Assembly (NCBI GenBank): GCA_963717445.1
Contig: OY970334.1
Coordinates: forward strand, 87,219 to 151,218
DNA length: 64,000 nucleotides
Source: an uncultured Bacteroidota bacterium
GTDB lineage: Bacteria > Bacteroidota > Ignavibacteria > UBA10030 > UBA8401
Direction of reading: 5' to 3'
Shown: positions 9,937 to 20,535 of the stretch, piece after piece
Numbering within the stretch: position 1 is the stretch's first letter
Layout: each line of letters starts with the position of its first letter
Translations under genes and position numbers: made by a program
The notes under the pieces: generated by a model
What the model was told of the DNA's origin: nothing
Databases searched by the model: none
Seen by the model: only the letters and a program-made list of their open reading frames with translations

Positions 9937-10113
9937 CCACCGTCTATGGCGGTGGTTATGTTCGGTTGGCTATGCCTGTCATTCCGGTCGAGTCCCGCTT
10001 TCAGGCGGGACGAAGAACCGGGATCCAGTTCCGTTGATTAACTCTGGATTCCGCGTCAAGCGCGGAATGACTTGCTTTTTCTTTTCAAAAACCACCATCT
10101 TTGATGGTGGTCG
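9937..10113. repeat. Composite REP-like palindromes: GTCATTCC...GGAATGAC element flanked by two CCACC...GGTGG hairpins
   Basis: ccaccgtc-tat-ggcggtgg; tgtcattccgg...ctggattccgcgtcaagcgcggaatgac; accaccatc-ttt-gatggtggt. Confidence 0.7.
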
Positions 10114-10118
10114 TTTAC

Positions 10119-10838
10119 TCAAACAACAAGATCGAAAAACGAACGTATTCCCAATGGCTCAATGGAATAAAACGCTTCTCCATACGCTGTATTGATAAGA
10201 CTGCCGTGATGAATATCCCGCGCCTTTATGGATTCGAGAAATAGTTTTGATGACAGCAGAGTTTCACGCTCTTTGCTCGTCGGGTTATAAAATTGCGATT
10301 CAAACGACGATAAGGCTTTTGTCTTCACATCGTATACATCCGAAACATCGACAATGAAGGAAGGGATGAACTCGTACTTCTGCATATAATGGAAATACTT
10401 TTTAGGACGAAATGGTTCTTGTTTTTTGCCGTTTATTCTTGTTGAAATTTTTTCGAGGCCGGCAAGGAACCACGCTTCCTTGCATAATCTGTGCGCATGC
10501 TCATGGTCGGGATGCCGCTCGAGCCAATGTGGGAAAAGTATAACGGCAGGCCGGAACGTACGTAACACTTCTATCACGCTAATAATGTTTTTCTTGCTCA
10601 ACTCAATATTGCCATCCGGAATTCTCAGATTGTTGCGGAATTCGACTCCGAGAATTTTTGCAGCACGTGCCGCTTCTTTTTCTCGGATATGTTTTGATCC
10701 GCGAGTCCCGAGTTCACCTTGTGTCAGATCGACAATACCGACTTTCTTTCCACTTCGAACAAGCTTGGCCACGGTTGCGGCACAAGACAATTCAATGTCA
10801 TCGGGATGAGCGCCGATTGCCAGAACGTCCAATTTCAT
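10119..10838 (-). CDS. bshB1: Bacillithiol biosynthesis deacetylase (PIG-L family)
   Basis: MKLDVLAIGAHPDDIEL, DLTQGELGTRG, RHPDH, SQFYNP, YGEAF. Confidence 0.88.
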   Translation of the reverse strand: MKLDVLAIGAHPDDIELSCAATVAKLVRSGKKVGIVDLTQGELGTRGSKHIREKEAARAAKILGVEFRNNLRIPDGNIELSKKNIISVIEVLRTFRPAVILFPHWLERHPDHEHAHRLCKEAWFLAGLEKISTRINGKKQEPFRPKKYFHYMQKYEFIPSFIVDVSDVYDVKTKALSSFESQFYNPTSKERETLLSSKLFLESIKARDIHHGSLINTAYGEAFYSIEPLGIRSFFDLVV

Positions 10839-11061
10839 ATTCTCTACTTTTATTTCGTCAATATACATAATATACATAAAGATGAGATGTATCGCAAAAG
10901 GAGTTTTAAAGGCTATAAGTTATCATTTGAGACATCTGAAGAATAATTTCTCGCTAAGCCGCAAAGGCGCAAAGACCCTGATTTGATTCATTTTGCGGTT
11001 TTGGGTCTTTGCGAAAGCCATGCTTTTGAAATTCACACAATTAGAGTTATATTTACTCACT

Positions 11062-12273
11062 ATGCAGGAAGAAAAAAATATTGTTTCGGTCACTGAAATT
11101 ACCCGGCGCATCAAGGGTGTTCTGGAAAGAGGGTTCAGCGAGATCTGGGTGCAAGGGGAGATCTCCAATTGCAAACTCCACACTTCCGGGCATATGTATT
11201 TTACGTTAAAAGACGAAGGGGCGCAATTATCAGCAGTGATGTGGCGCAGCCGGGTTGCGCAACTCCTCTTCCGACCGAATGATGGAATGAAGGTCATCGT
11301 TCGCGGCAATATTACTGTCTATGAACCGAGAGGTAATTACCAGATCGATTGTCTTCAGCTTCAGCCTGTTGGACAGGGGGAGCTGCAGCTCGCGTTCGAA
11401 CGTCTCAAACAGAAATTGAGTGCGGAAGGATTATTTAGTGAAGATCATAAAAAACCTCTTCCAGCCTACCCACAAAAAATCGGAATCGTGACATCGCCGA
11501 CCGGCGCCGCAATACAAGATATGTTGAACGTCCTGGCGCGGCGATTTCCCTCTCTAGAGGTCATTGTCGCGCCTGTGAAGGTACAGGGAATTGGAGCTGC
11601 TGAAGAAATTGCGCAGGCAATTCAGGACCTCAACACATTACCCGACATTGACGTGATTATTGTCGGCAGAGGAGGCGGATCGCTGGAAGACCTGTGGGCG
11701 TTCAACGAAGAAATTGTGGCACGAGCGATCCACTCATCCAACATTCCAATTATCAGCGCGGTGGGACACGAGATTGATTTCACCATTAGTGATTTTGTGG
11801 CAGACCTGCGTGCACCGACACCTTCTGCAGCCGCTGAATTGGTTGTAAAGGACCGAAATGAGATTATTGATATTCTGCGCAATTTTTCCTATACTATTCA
11901 AAATCTCGTGGAAAGCAGAATTCAAGCCTCGAAGGATAAAGTTCATACACTAGTTGGAAGCTATTCTTTCAATAAACCGTTGGATTTGTTCCGCCAGCGA
12001 GGCCAAATGGTCGATGATTTAGAGCGCAGGCTCCATCAGATTATTGGCCATCGTTTGGTGATGGTTCGACAGCAAGCTGCATCGTTTGCAAAAAGGATTC
12101 AATCTGTCGATCCCGAGTTGACTCTCAAGCGCGGCTACACGATTGTTTATCGCGATCAAAAAATTATTCCGGCAGCGGGACAAGTATCGGAAAAAGATCG
12201 TATCACCGTTAGATTTCATGATGGCAGCGCGGAATCAATCGTTGAGGCAGTCAGGAAAAAAGAAATGAGGTAA
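11062..12273 (+). CDS. xseA: Exodeoxyribonuclease VII large subunit
   Basis: GEISN..SGHMYFTLKD, RGGGSLEDLWAFNEE, GHEID, APTPSAAAE. Confidence 0.97.
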   Translation: MQEEKNIVSVTEITRRIKGVLERGFSEIWVQGEISNCKLHTSGHMYFTLKDEGAQLSAVMWRSRVAQLLFRPNDGMKVIVRGNITVYEPRGNYQIDCLQLQPVGQGELQLAFERLKQKLSAEGLFSEDHKKPLPAYPQKIGIVTSPTGAAIQDMLNVLARRFPSLEVIVAPVKVQGIGAAEEIAQAIQDLNTLPDIDVIIVGRGGGSLEDLWAFNEEIVARAIHSSNIPIISAVGHEIDFTISDFVADLRAPTPSAAAELVVKDRNEIIDILRNFSYTIQNLVESRIQASKDKVHTLVGSYSFNKPLDLFRQRGQMVDDLERRLHQIIGHRLVMVRQQAASFAKRIQSVDPELTLKRGYTIVYRDQKIIPAAGQVSEKDRITVRFHDGSAESIVEAVRKKEMR

Positions 12274-12276
12274 ACG

Positions 12277-12516
12277 ATGGCTCCACCGAAAAAAGAAACG
12301 TCGAAGCGGACGTTTGAGCAATCTCTTGCACGGCTCGAAAAGATTGTTGATTCTTTGGAGCAAGGGGAGACGCCGCTCGAAAGTGCCATTGCGTTGTATG
12401 AGGAGGGGATCGAGTTATCGAAAGAATGCATGGAGACGCTGTCGAAAGCGGAGCTGAAAGTCAAAAAACTCAGTAAAGATATGAACAGTAAAATAGAGCT
12501 GATGGATTTTGAATAA
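12277..12516 (+). CDS. xseB: Exodeoxyribonuclease VII small subunit
   Basis: TFEQSLARLEKIV..LE...LESAIALYEEG; follows xseA. Confidence 0.95.
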   Translation: MAPPKKETSKRTFEQSLARLEKIVDSLEQGETPLESAIALYEEGIELSKECMETLSKAELKVKKLSKDMNSKIELMDFE

Positions 12517-12527
12517 GTGAGAAGATA

Positions 12528-14471
12528 ATGCCGGACGCACAAACAAAATTTTTTCATACGATTGACACACCTTCCGATCTGCGTAAATTGGAGGTAAAAG
12601 ACCTTCGCACCCTTTCCAAAGAGATACGGGAATTTCTTGTCGACTCGATTTCGAAAACGGGAGGCCATCTTGGTGCAGGATTGGGCGCCGTCGAGCTTGC
12701 GGTTGCGCTTCATTATGTTTTCGATACACCGAAAGATAAATTGGTGTGGGACGTCGGGCACCAAGCATATCCCCACAAAATTCTTACCGGACGAAAAAGC
12801 CGCCTTCATACGATTCGCCAGTTGCACGGCATCAGCGGATTTTTACGACGCAGTGAAAGTGAATACGACACGTTCGGAGCCGGACACGCGAGTACCGCCA
12901 TTTCTGCCGCGCTCGGCATTGCCACTGCACGTGATTTTAACCATGACAATTACAAAGTTGTCGCTATCGTTGGAGACGGATCGTTGACAGGAGGTATGGC
13001 GTACGAGGCGATGAATAACGCCGGGTTGCTCAAAAAAGATATGATCGTCATTCTCAACGACAATCGCATGATTTCTCTTTCGTCTGTTGCTCCAAACCTC
13101 TGGTCGTTTCACAATTATTTTGCCGAGGTGTTGACCCATCCAAGCTATAATAAATTCAAAGCGAACGTGTGGGATCTCACGGGCAAACTGGACACCTTCG
13201 GCGACCGCTTGCGTTCCGTTGCGCAAAATTTTGAGAAAGGATTGAAGGCAGTCGTAACGCCGGGAATGCTTTTCGAAGCCCTTGGCTTTCGGTATTTTGG
13301 CCCTTTTAACGGACACAACGTCGTAAAATTGGTCGAGATTCTACGGCATGTTAAAAACTTGAAAGGTCCGATCCTCATTCATGCCATCACTGAAAAAGGG
13401 AAAGGGTACGGGCCTGCTGAAAGAGAAGCAACACGGCTCCATGGCGTGACCCCGTTCGACAAAGTGACCGGGATTTCTCCGAAGGTCCCTAATGCACCGC
13501 CTGCATTCACGTCGATTTTTGGAGAGGCTCTTGTCGAGATCTGCAGACAAAACCCGAAAGTTGTCGGCATTACTGCTGCGATGCCGGACGGCACAGGATT
13601 GACAGCGTTGCAGAAAGCGATGCCCGAACGGTTCTTCGACGTGGGAATTGCAGAGCAACATGCGGTGACATTTGCTGCGGGACTCGCTACGGAGGGCTAT
13701 ATTCCGGTGACGGCAATATATTCGACGTTTTTGCAGCGAGCGTTCGATCAAATTATTCATGATGTTGCTCTCCAGAATTTGCATGTCGTGTTTGTTCTTG
13801 ATAGAGGCGGTCTTGTCGGAGCCGACGGTCCAACTCACCATGGCGCCTTCGATTTGTCGTACTTGCGCTGTATCCCGGGCATGGTGATTATGGCGCCGAA
13901 AGATGAAAGTGAATTGCGGGATATGCTTTTCACGGCAACCGAGTATCGCGGCGGCCCCATTGCCATGCGCTATCCCCGCGGCAATGCATTCGGAGTTCAG
14001 TTAAAGAAAGGTTTTGAGAAAATTGAAATCGGGAGAGGGGAAATCCTTCGGAGCGGCAACGACGTTGCAATTCTTTCGATTGGCACGATGGTCTACAACT
14101 CTCTTGCAGCCGCAGACCTGCTGGCAAAGGAAGGTATCCTTGCAGAAGTCGTAAATATGCGTTTCGCAAAACCGATCGACCGGGATCTTCTTGATCGCCT
14201 CGCGGGGAAATTTGACCGCATCGTGACGGTTGAAGAGAACACTGTTCACGGTGGTTTCGGCGCGGCAATTTTGGAAACACTTGCGTCCATGAACCATTCG
14301 GACGTACACGTTTATGTTCATGGAATTCCGGATAGTTTTATAGAACATGGAGCCCCCAACGAACTCCATCAAATCGTGAAGCTCGACCCGCGGGGAATTG
14401 CAAGTGTCGTCAAGGAATTTTGCGAGGCTCATCCGTCACACATCCGATCGGCGGCACGTCGTGCATTGTAA
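12528..14471 (+). CDS. dxs: 1-deoxy-D-xylulose-5-phosphate synthase
   Basis: WDVGHQAYPHKILTGR, GDGSLTGG, DVGIAEQHA, GADGPTHHG. Confidence 0.97.
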   Translation: MPDAQTKFFHTIDTPSDLRKLEVKDLRTLSKEIREFLVDSISKTGGHLGAGLGAVELAVALHYVFDTPKDKLVWDVGHQAYPHKILTGRKSRLHTIRQLHGISGFLRRSESEYDTFGAGHASTAISAALGIATARDFNHDNYKVVAIVGDGSLTGGMAYEAMNNAGLLKKDMIVILNDNRMISLSSVAPNLWSFHNYFAEVLTHPSYNKFKANVWDLTGKLDTFGDRLRSVAQNFEKGLKAVVTPGMLFEALGFRYFGPFNGHNVVKLVEILRHVKNLKGPILIHAITEKGKGYGPAEREATRLHGVTPFDKVTGISPKVPNAPPAFTSIFGEALVEICRQNPKVVGITAAMPDGTGLTALQKAMPERFFDVGIAEQHAVTFAAGLATEGYIPVTAIYSTFLQRAFDQIIHDVALQNLHVVFVLDRGGLVGADGPTHHGAFDLSYLRCIPGMVIMAPKDESELRDMLFTATEYRGGPIAMRYPRGNAFGVQLKKGFEKIEIGRGEILRSGNDVAILSIGTMVYNSLAAADLLAKEGILAEVVNMRFAKPIDRDLLDRLAGKFDRIVTVEENTVHGGFGAAILETLASMNHSDVHVYVHGIPDSFIEHGAPNELHQIVKLDPRGIASVVKEFCEAHPSHIRSAARRAL

Positions 14472-14500
14472 GTAACGTCTGCTAAAATTTATTGCCAACA

Positions 14501-15505
14501 ATGGAAAAAGCAAAAATTGGTATTGTTGGATTAGGCTGGATTGCACAAGTCTTTCACCTTCCTATTCTCACCAAAATTCCCGATGCCACAATATCGTGCG
14601 TATGCGATAAAGAAAGAGCACGCGCGCGAGCGCTGGCGGAAAAGTACGGCATTAAACGCTATTATTCAGACGTGCAGGAAATGCTTCGGACGGAAGAACT
14701 TGATGCCGTCGATATTTGCGCCACCACGAATGCGCATAAAGAAATCGCGCTCGCATGCCTCGACGCGAAGAAAGATATTTTTGTGGAGAAGCCGATCGCC
14801 CGAAAATATCTTGAAGCCGTTGCCATCGCCGATGCCGCTAAAAAGGTTAAGAAAAAGGTTATGGTCGGAATGAACAACCGTTTTCGCCCGGACACAATGA
14901 TCCTGCGGAGTTTCGTGGAAAACAACGACCTGGGAGAAGTCTTTTACATCAAAGCAGGATGGTTGAAGAAACTGACCGACCATAGCAGTTGGATGGGACA
15001 TAAAGACAAATCCGGCGGAGGAGTATTCCTCGACCTCGGCATTGTGATGCTTGATCTTGCGTTATGGATGATCGGCTACCCCGAGGTGAAGCGCGTTGAT
15101 TCCTCCACATATTCCCATGCAACCCCCGGTGTTGAAGATTCGGCCGCTGTTTTTTTGTTCATGAAGAACGGTGCAACCATCACGATTGAAGTGAGCTGGA
15201 GCTTTTATATCGAAAACGAGCTCTTCTATTGCAACATCTATGGCGATAAAGGAAGTGCAAAGCTGAATCCGCTAAAAATCCATCGTGAAATGCACGGAAG
15301 CATCGTCAATGTTACTCCGGGCAAGATTGATGACATCCAAAACCTATTTCGGCGATCGTACGAAAATGAATTGAAACATTTTGTAGGGGCCGTTCGTGGC
15401 ATCCATCAGGTTATTTCTACTGCAGATGAAGCGGTGCTGCGCATGCGGATTGTCGATGCAATCTATAAATCAGCGGCAAAAAGAAAAGAGATCTATTTTA
15501 AATAA
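14501..15505 (+). CDS. Gfo/Idh/MocA family oxidoreductase
   Basis: IGIVGLGWIA, VEKP, SGGGVFLDLG. Confidence 0.9.
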   Translation: MEKAKIGIVGLGWIAQVFHLPILTKIPDATISCVCDKERARARALAEKYGIKRYYSDVQEMLRTEELDAVDICATTNAHKEIALACLDAKKDIFVEKPIARKYLEAVAIADAAKKVKKKVMVGMNNRFRPDTMILRSFVENNDLGEVFYIKAGWLKKLTDHSSWMGHKDKSGGGVFLDLGIVMLDLALWMIGYPEVKRVDSSTYSHATPGVEDSAAVFLFMKNGATITIEVSWSFYIENELFYCNIYGDKGSAKLNPLKIHREMHGSIVNVTPGKIDDIQNLFRRSYENELKHFVGAVRGIHQVISTADEAVLRMRIVDAIYKSAAKRKEIYFK

Positions 15506-15590
15506 TACCACGAAAAAGGTTGTGAAGACATCATGGATTGGCTGCGAAAGCACCCGTGATGTCTATTTAGTTTTACTGCGGGATTGATGC

Positions 15591-16688
15591 ATGAGTGGCC
15601 GAGAAGATGAGAAATGGATGCGTGAGTGTTTCGCACTGGCAAAGAAGGGAGCAGGCAGTGTCAGCCCAAATCCTCTTGTCGGTGCAATAATTGTCCTCGG
15701 GGAGAGCGTGCTCGGAAAAGGGTATCATCGAAAATTTGGAGAGGCACATGCCGAAGTCGTTGCAATGAACAACGCGCTCGAACGTCACCCATCCATCCGG
15801 GGGGCCACATTATACGTAAATCTAGAACCGTGTGTACATCACGGCAAAACCCCCCCCTGTGTTGAGGCAATTATCGCTCAAGGAATTCTCAAAGTTGTAG
15901 CGGCCATGAAAGACCCGAACCCTCTCGTGGCGGGAAAGGGATTCGCTGCTCTTCGCAAGGCGGGGGTGAAAGTTGTTTCTGGTATGCTAGGGAATGAGGC
16001 GGAGAGGCTCAACGAAAAATTCATTAAGTATATTACAACGGGTATTCCATTTGTAGCGCTGAAAGTTGCACGGACAAGCGATGGATTCATCGCAAAGAAG
16101 GACGGCTCATCGAAATGGATATCGACAAAGGCCTCCCGCACGATTGCCCATCGGCTTCGCTCGGAATACGATGCAGTGCTTGTCGGCGCAGGCACGGCCA
16201 TGGCGGACAATCCGAAGCTGACTGTTCGCAATGTCAAAGGAAGGAACCCCATCAGAGTGTTGGTCGACGGAAAACTTCGGACTCCCATTGAATCAACGAT
16301 GTTCAATGACAAATACCGGGAGCGCACGATCGTACTTACCGGCAGGCCAAGGCCCCAAAAAGTAAGAGCCTTCAAGCGTAGGAAAGTTCAAGTGATATCG
16401 ATGAAAAACATGAGGGGCGTTATTTCAGTGCGCGACATACTCACCGTGCTTGCCGGAAAAGGCATCGCCGCTCTTCTTGTGGAAGGGGGGCAATCGATGT
16501 ACCGGCAATTTTTGAAAGCGAAAGCGGCTGATAAGATATATCTTTTTACTTCCCGAAAGAAATTTGGTGAGGGCATCTCTGCATTTGACGGCGTAGATTC
16601 TCGTTTTACGATTAACCACGAAAAGGTTAAAAATATTGACGGAGACAGTTTTATTGAAGGGAAGTTAACATATCGAAAAGGAGAATAG
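15591..16688 (+). CDS. ribD: Bifunctional riboflavin biosynthesis deaminase/reductase
   Basis: SPNPLVGA, HAE, LEPCVHHGKTPPC, DNPKLTVR, LLVEGG. Confidence 0.96.
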   Translation: MSGREDEKWMRECFALAKKGAGSVSPNPLVGAIIVLGESVLGKGYHRKFGEAHAEVVAMNNALERHPSIRGATLYVNLEPCVHHGKTPPCVEAIIAQGILKVVAAMKDPNPLVAGKGFAALRKAGVKVVSGMLGNEAERLNEKFIKYITTGIPFVALKVARTSDGFIAKKDGSSKWISTKASRTIAHRLRSEYDAVLVGAGTAMADNPKLTVRNVKGRNPIRVLVDGKLRTPIESTMFNDKYRERTIVLTGRPRPQKVRAFKRRKVQVISMKNMRGVISVRDILTVLAGKGIAALLVEGGQSMYRQFLKAKAADKIYLFTSRKKFGEGISAFDGVDSRFTINHEKVKNIDGDSFIEGKLTYRKGE

Positions 16689-16689
16689 C

Positions 16690-17580
16690 TTGAGCATAGC
16701 CGTCCTGTTGTTATTATTGTTTCCCCTTTCAACTGCGAGCGCGAAACCGCACCGGGTAACAATACAGGACGCTGAGAAAAGAATTGATTCGGTCATCAAC
16801 GCAACCGAAGGAAAGTTTGCCGTTGCGTTTGTAGATTTACAAACGGGAAATACGTTATACCGCCATGCAAATGAAAAATTTCAAGCCGCAAGCACGATAA
16901 AGACGCCCGTGATGATAGAAGTCTTCAATCAGGCGCGAAAGGGAAAATTTGCACTTGACGACTCTCTGGATATCGTCAACGAATTCACCAGTATTGTGGA
17001 CGGGAGCAAATATTCTCTTGCGATATCGAGCGACAGCGATGATGGCCTCTATTCTCGAATCGGGAAGAAGGAGCAAATTCGCGTGCTGGTTTTTCACATG
17101 ATCACCGTGAGCAGCAATCTTGCGGCAAACCTCCTCATTCAAAAAGTGGGGACTAAAAATATTCAGCGCACGATGAAAGCGCTCGGGGTTGGCGATATCC
17201 ACGTGTTGAGGTGCGTTGAAGACGACAAGGCCTTTCTAACGGGAAAAAACAATACAGTAACGGCGAAGTCTTTGGCAATGTTGTACATACAGCTTGCAAG
17301 AAAGAGCATTCTAAGCAGAAAAGCCTCGGGAGAAATGCTCGATATTCTTCTCGAGCAAAAATTCAGAAATATGATTCCGGCAAAGCTGCCTGCGTCTCTC
17401 AATATAGCTCACAAAACCGGGAGCAGCCCGGGGGTCCAGCATGATTCCGGAATTATTTACCTCCCTGATGGACGAAAATACGTGCTGGTCGTTCTTTCAA
17501 AAAACTTACGAGAACAAAAAAGCGGTAGCAACGCCATTGCTGAAATTTCTAAAATTATCTTTGACTATGAGACAAACTAA
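16690..17580 (+). CDS. Class A beta-lactamase-related serine hydrolase (secreted)
   Basis: Signal peptide, AASTIK (SxxK), SSN, HKTG. Confidence 0.8.
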   Translation: MSIAVLLLLLFPLSTASAKPHRVTIQDAEKRIDSVINATEGKFAVAFVDLQTGNTLYRHANEKFQAASTIKTPVMIEVFNQARKGKFALDDSLDIVNEFTSIVDGSKYSLAISSDSDDGLYSRIGKKEQIRVLVFHMITVSSNLAANLLIQKVGTKNIQRTMKALGVGDIHVLRCVEDDKAFLTGKNNTVTAKSLAMLYIQLARKSILSRKASGEMLDILLEQKFRNMIPAKLPASLNIAHKTGSSPGVQHDSGIIYLPDGRKYVLVVLSKNLREQKSGSNAIAEISKIIFDYETN

Positions 17581-17582
17581 TT

Positions 17583-18173
17583 ATGTTTACGGGAATCATT
17601 GAGCAAGTCGGTCGAGTCTGTTCCGTTCGAAAACAGGATGATGGAGTTCAATTTGACATTGAATCGAAGGCCATACTCTCGGGCCTAAAGATCGATAACA
17701 GCATTGCAGTCAATGGAACGTGCCTGACGATTGTGAGGCGAAAGCAGAAAATTTTTACTGTTGATGCCGTGAAAGAAACATTGAGCAAAACGAATTTGGG
17801 GAGACTGGATGTCGGAAGCCGCGTCAATCTTGAAAGGGCAGTGTCGTTGAACCAGCGCCTGGGCGGGCATCTTGTTCAGGGCCATGTAGATACGACCGGC
17901 ACCGTTCTGAAGCGCACGGCGTTGAAAACGAGCTGGATGTTTGCGATCCATTTTCCAAAAAAATTTCGGAAATACCTCATCCCGGTCGGCTCAATCTCCG
18001 TTGACGGCGTGAGCTTGACTGTTGCCAGGCTGCACGCCGATCAGTTTGAAGTCGCGATCATACCGTTTACCTATCAACACACGATCTTTCACGACTACAA
18101 AATCGACTCAACGGTAAACCTTGAGTTTGACCTCATCGGAAAATATATTGAATCGTTACTCAACGAAAAATGA
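17583..18173 (+). CDS. ribE: Riboflavin synthase alpha chain
   Basis: MFTGIIE, VNLERA, GGHLVQGHVD. Confidence 0.96.
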   Translation: MFTGIIEQVGRVCSVRKQDDGVQFDIESKAILSGLKIDNSIAVNGTCLTIVRRKQKIFTVDAVKETLSKTNLGRLDVGSRVNLERAVSLNQRLGGHLVQGHVDTTGTVLKRTALKTSWMFAIHFPKKFRKYLIPVGSISVDGVSLTVARLHADQFEVAIIPFTYQHTIFHDYKIDSTVNLEFDLIGKYIESLLNEK

Positions 18174-18228
18174 AATGTCCATTTCTCTTGCCCTTGGCGG
18201 CCTCCTATGAACTTTCAACAAAAAAAAT

Positions 18229-18993
18229 ATGAAGGATATCTTTCGGTCTAAGGTCACCAGGATCATTCTGTGGAGTTTTGCAGGACTTTTTGCCGTTGTT
18301 CTCATTCTCGACAACATTGTTCTTCCATGGTATGTGAATCACGGCGGCACGCTTGCTGTTCCCGACGTTGTCGGAATGCAGGAAGCAGATGCCGATCGCT
18401 TATTGGATTCGCTGATGCTCGTACCGCGGAAAGGAGAGGTGCGCCCGGATAAAGACTATCCCGAAGGATATGTCGTTGCCCAAAACCCGGTTCCCATGCA
18501 GATCGTGAAACCTCATCGTCGAATTTATTTGACAATCAGCGGAGGCGAGCAGCTCGCTGTCGTTCCCGATTTGAAGGGGCGCTCTCTTCGCGACACAAAA
18601 TTTGCACTAGACCGCTCCGGGTTGAAGCTCGGTGCCGTAGTGCGGCAGATTTCAAAGGAGTTTCCCGAAGGGACAATCATTTCCCAGGACATCGCTTCGG
18701 GTGCAAAAATTAAGCACGGCTCGTACATTGGCGTAACGGAGAGTATGGGGGAGTCAGTGGATAGCCTTGTTGTTCCAAACGTCATCGGAAAAACCTTGAA
18801 CGATGCGCAGAAAATTTTAGTCCAAAAAGGATTTAAAACCGGAAACATTACTTATCAACCGAATGCCGACCTTCTCCCCAATACGGTGATTGGACAGCTT
18901 CCCCGTGCAGGCGATGTTATGAATTTCGGCAAACCCATAGACCTTTTCATTGCTCAAGCGCCGGATAAAAAAAGAGCCGTGGAGGAACATTAG
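18229..18993 (+). CDS. Membrane-anchored protein with three PASTA domains
   Basis: N-terminal TM; three VP(D/N)(V/L)xG..A...L...Q.P repeats. Confidence 0.88.
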   Translation: MKDIFRSKVTRIILWSFAGLFAVVLILDNIVLPWYVNHGGTLAVPDVVGMQEADADRLLDSLMLVPRKGEVRPDKDYPEGYVVAQNPVPMQIVKPHRRIYLTISGGEQLAVVPDLKGRSLRDTKFALDRSGLKLGAVVRQISKEFPEGTIISQDIASGAKIKHGSYIGVTESMGESVDSLVVPNVIGKTLNDAQKILVQKGFKTGNITYQPNADLLPNTVIGQLPRAGDVMNFGKPIDLFIAQAPDKKRAVEEH

Positions 18994-19731
18994 ATGGCTT
19001 TTAATAAAAATCGGGTTTTGATCGCGCCATCAATTCTTGCTGCGGACTTTGGACATTTAGCAAGTCAAATCGCAGCGGTAGAGAAAGCGGGCGCCGATTT
19101 GCTCCATTTGGATATCATGGACGGTCATTTTGTTCCAAACATTAGTTTTGGCCCTGCAATTGTCCAAACGGTTCGCAGCCTGACTAGCCTGCCATTGGAT
19201 ACGCATTTAATGATCGAGAACCCTGATCTTTATCTCAAAGAGTTCCAGAAAAGTGGAGCGACAAATTTAATCGTCCATGTGGAAGTATGCCGCCACTTAC
19301 GAGCAACGATCTTGGCAATTCGGAAATTAGGAATGAATCCTGGAGTGAGTTTGAAACCGGCAACCCCACTTTCTGCGCTTGAAAATATTTTAGCCAACGT
19401 CGATGCCGTATTGGTGATGTCGGTGAATCCCGGATTCGGCGGTCAAAAATTCCTTCCTCAAAGCATAGAAAGGATTAGAGAGCTGAAAAAGACCGTTTCA
19501 TCGCGCGGATTGAAAATTAGGATTGAAGTAGACGGCGGCATTGACCAGAATAATGCTGCAATGCTTGTGCGCGCGGGTGCAGATGTTTTGGTTTCGGGGA
19601 CGGCAATTTTCGGGTCGAATGATGTAGGCAAATCGATCGCTGGGCTTAGAAACAGCATAGCTGAAAAAGACTCAGTCAAAAAAATAAAGATTCGGAGAAT
19701 GCCGATGAAAAAGTACAGTGACACTACATAA
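18994..19731 (+). CDS. rpe: Ribulose-phosphate 3-epimerase
   Basis: IAPSILAADF, HLDIMDGHFVPN, MSVNPGFGGQ, EVDGG. Confidence 0.97.
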   Translation: MAFNKNRVLIAPSILAADFGHLASQIAAVEKAGADLLHLDIMDGHFVPNISFGPAIVQTVRSLTSLPLDTHLMIENPDLYLKEFQKSGATNLIVHVEVCRHLRATILAIRKLGMNPGVSLKPATPLSALENILANVDAVLVMSVNPGFGGQKFLPQSIERIRELKKTVSSRGLKIRIEVDGGIDQNNAAMLVRAGADVLVSGTAIFGSNDVGKSIAGLRNSIAEKDSVKKIKIRRMPMKKYSDTT

Positions 19732-19783
19732 AGAAATGTTTTTATAGCATGACAACAGCCTGCACCTCGGCTGTTTCTCAAGT

Positions 19784-19816
19784 AAAAGCCGCTCCGCTAC
19801 AAGGAGCGGCTTTTTT
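19784..19816 (+). terminator. Intrinsic (probably bidirectional) terminator after rpe
   Basis: aaaagccgctcc-gctacaa-ggagcggctttttt. Confidence 0.85.
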
Positions 19817-19884
19817 ATTGAATTGCCGAAAGTGCGCTTGACTTAATTAATTAAGGAATTATTTACAATAACATTAAAAAGTAC

Positions 19885-19920
19885 TTGACATATGGAAAAT
19901 ATACGTTATATTATAACGTA
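19885..19920 (+). promoter_or_regulatory. Sigma70-like promoter of the first PII operon with a palindrome over the -10
   Basis: TTGACA-N16-TATATT; tacgttata-t-tataacgta inverted repeat at 19902-19920. Confidence 0.65.
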
Positions 19921-20121
19921 CTGAAACGATCGCAGTATAAAAGGGCGAATAGGTCCCAAAGTTGTTCCTTTTTGAGCGGTGCGATCGTCTCAGGAGAGGA
20001 AAATTTGTTGCTGGGAAAACCAATTCAATCAAATCATGCAAAATAATTACAGGAGATGCCTATGATCGATTGAAGCAAATGTTCAACATCGTATTTTCAT
20101 AAGTTCTGTTCACATCGTTGA

Positions 20122-20466
<345 letters not shown>

Positions 20467-20535
20467 CAATAGCCGATGTGCGGTTGGAAAACACATGTAC
20501 GCACTATTTTTACTCACATGAAAAAGGGTGTAATA

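Noticed and set aside
15506-15590. FMN riboswitch upstream of ribD
   Set aside because: The gap is too short and lacks RFN consensus motifs.
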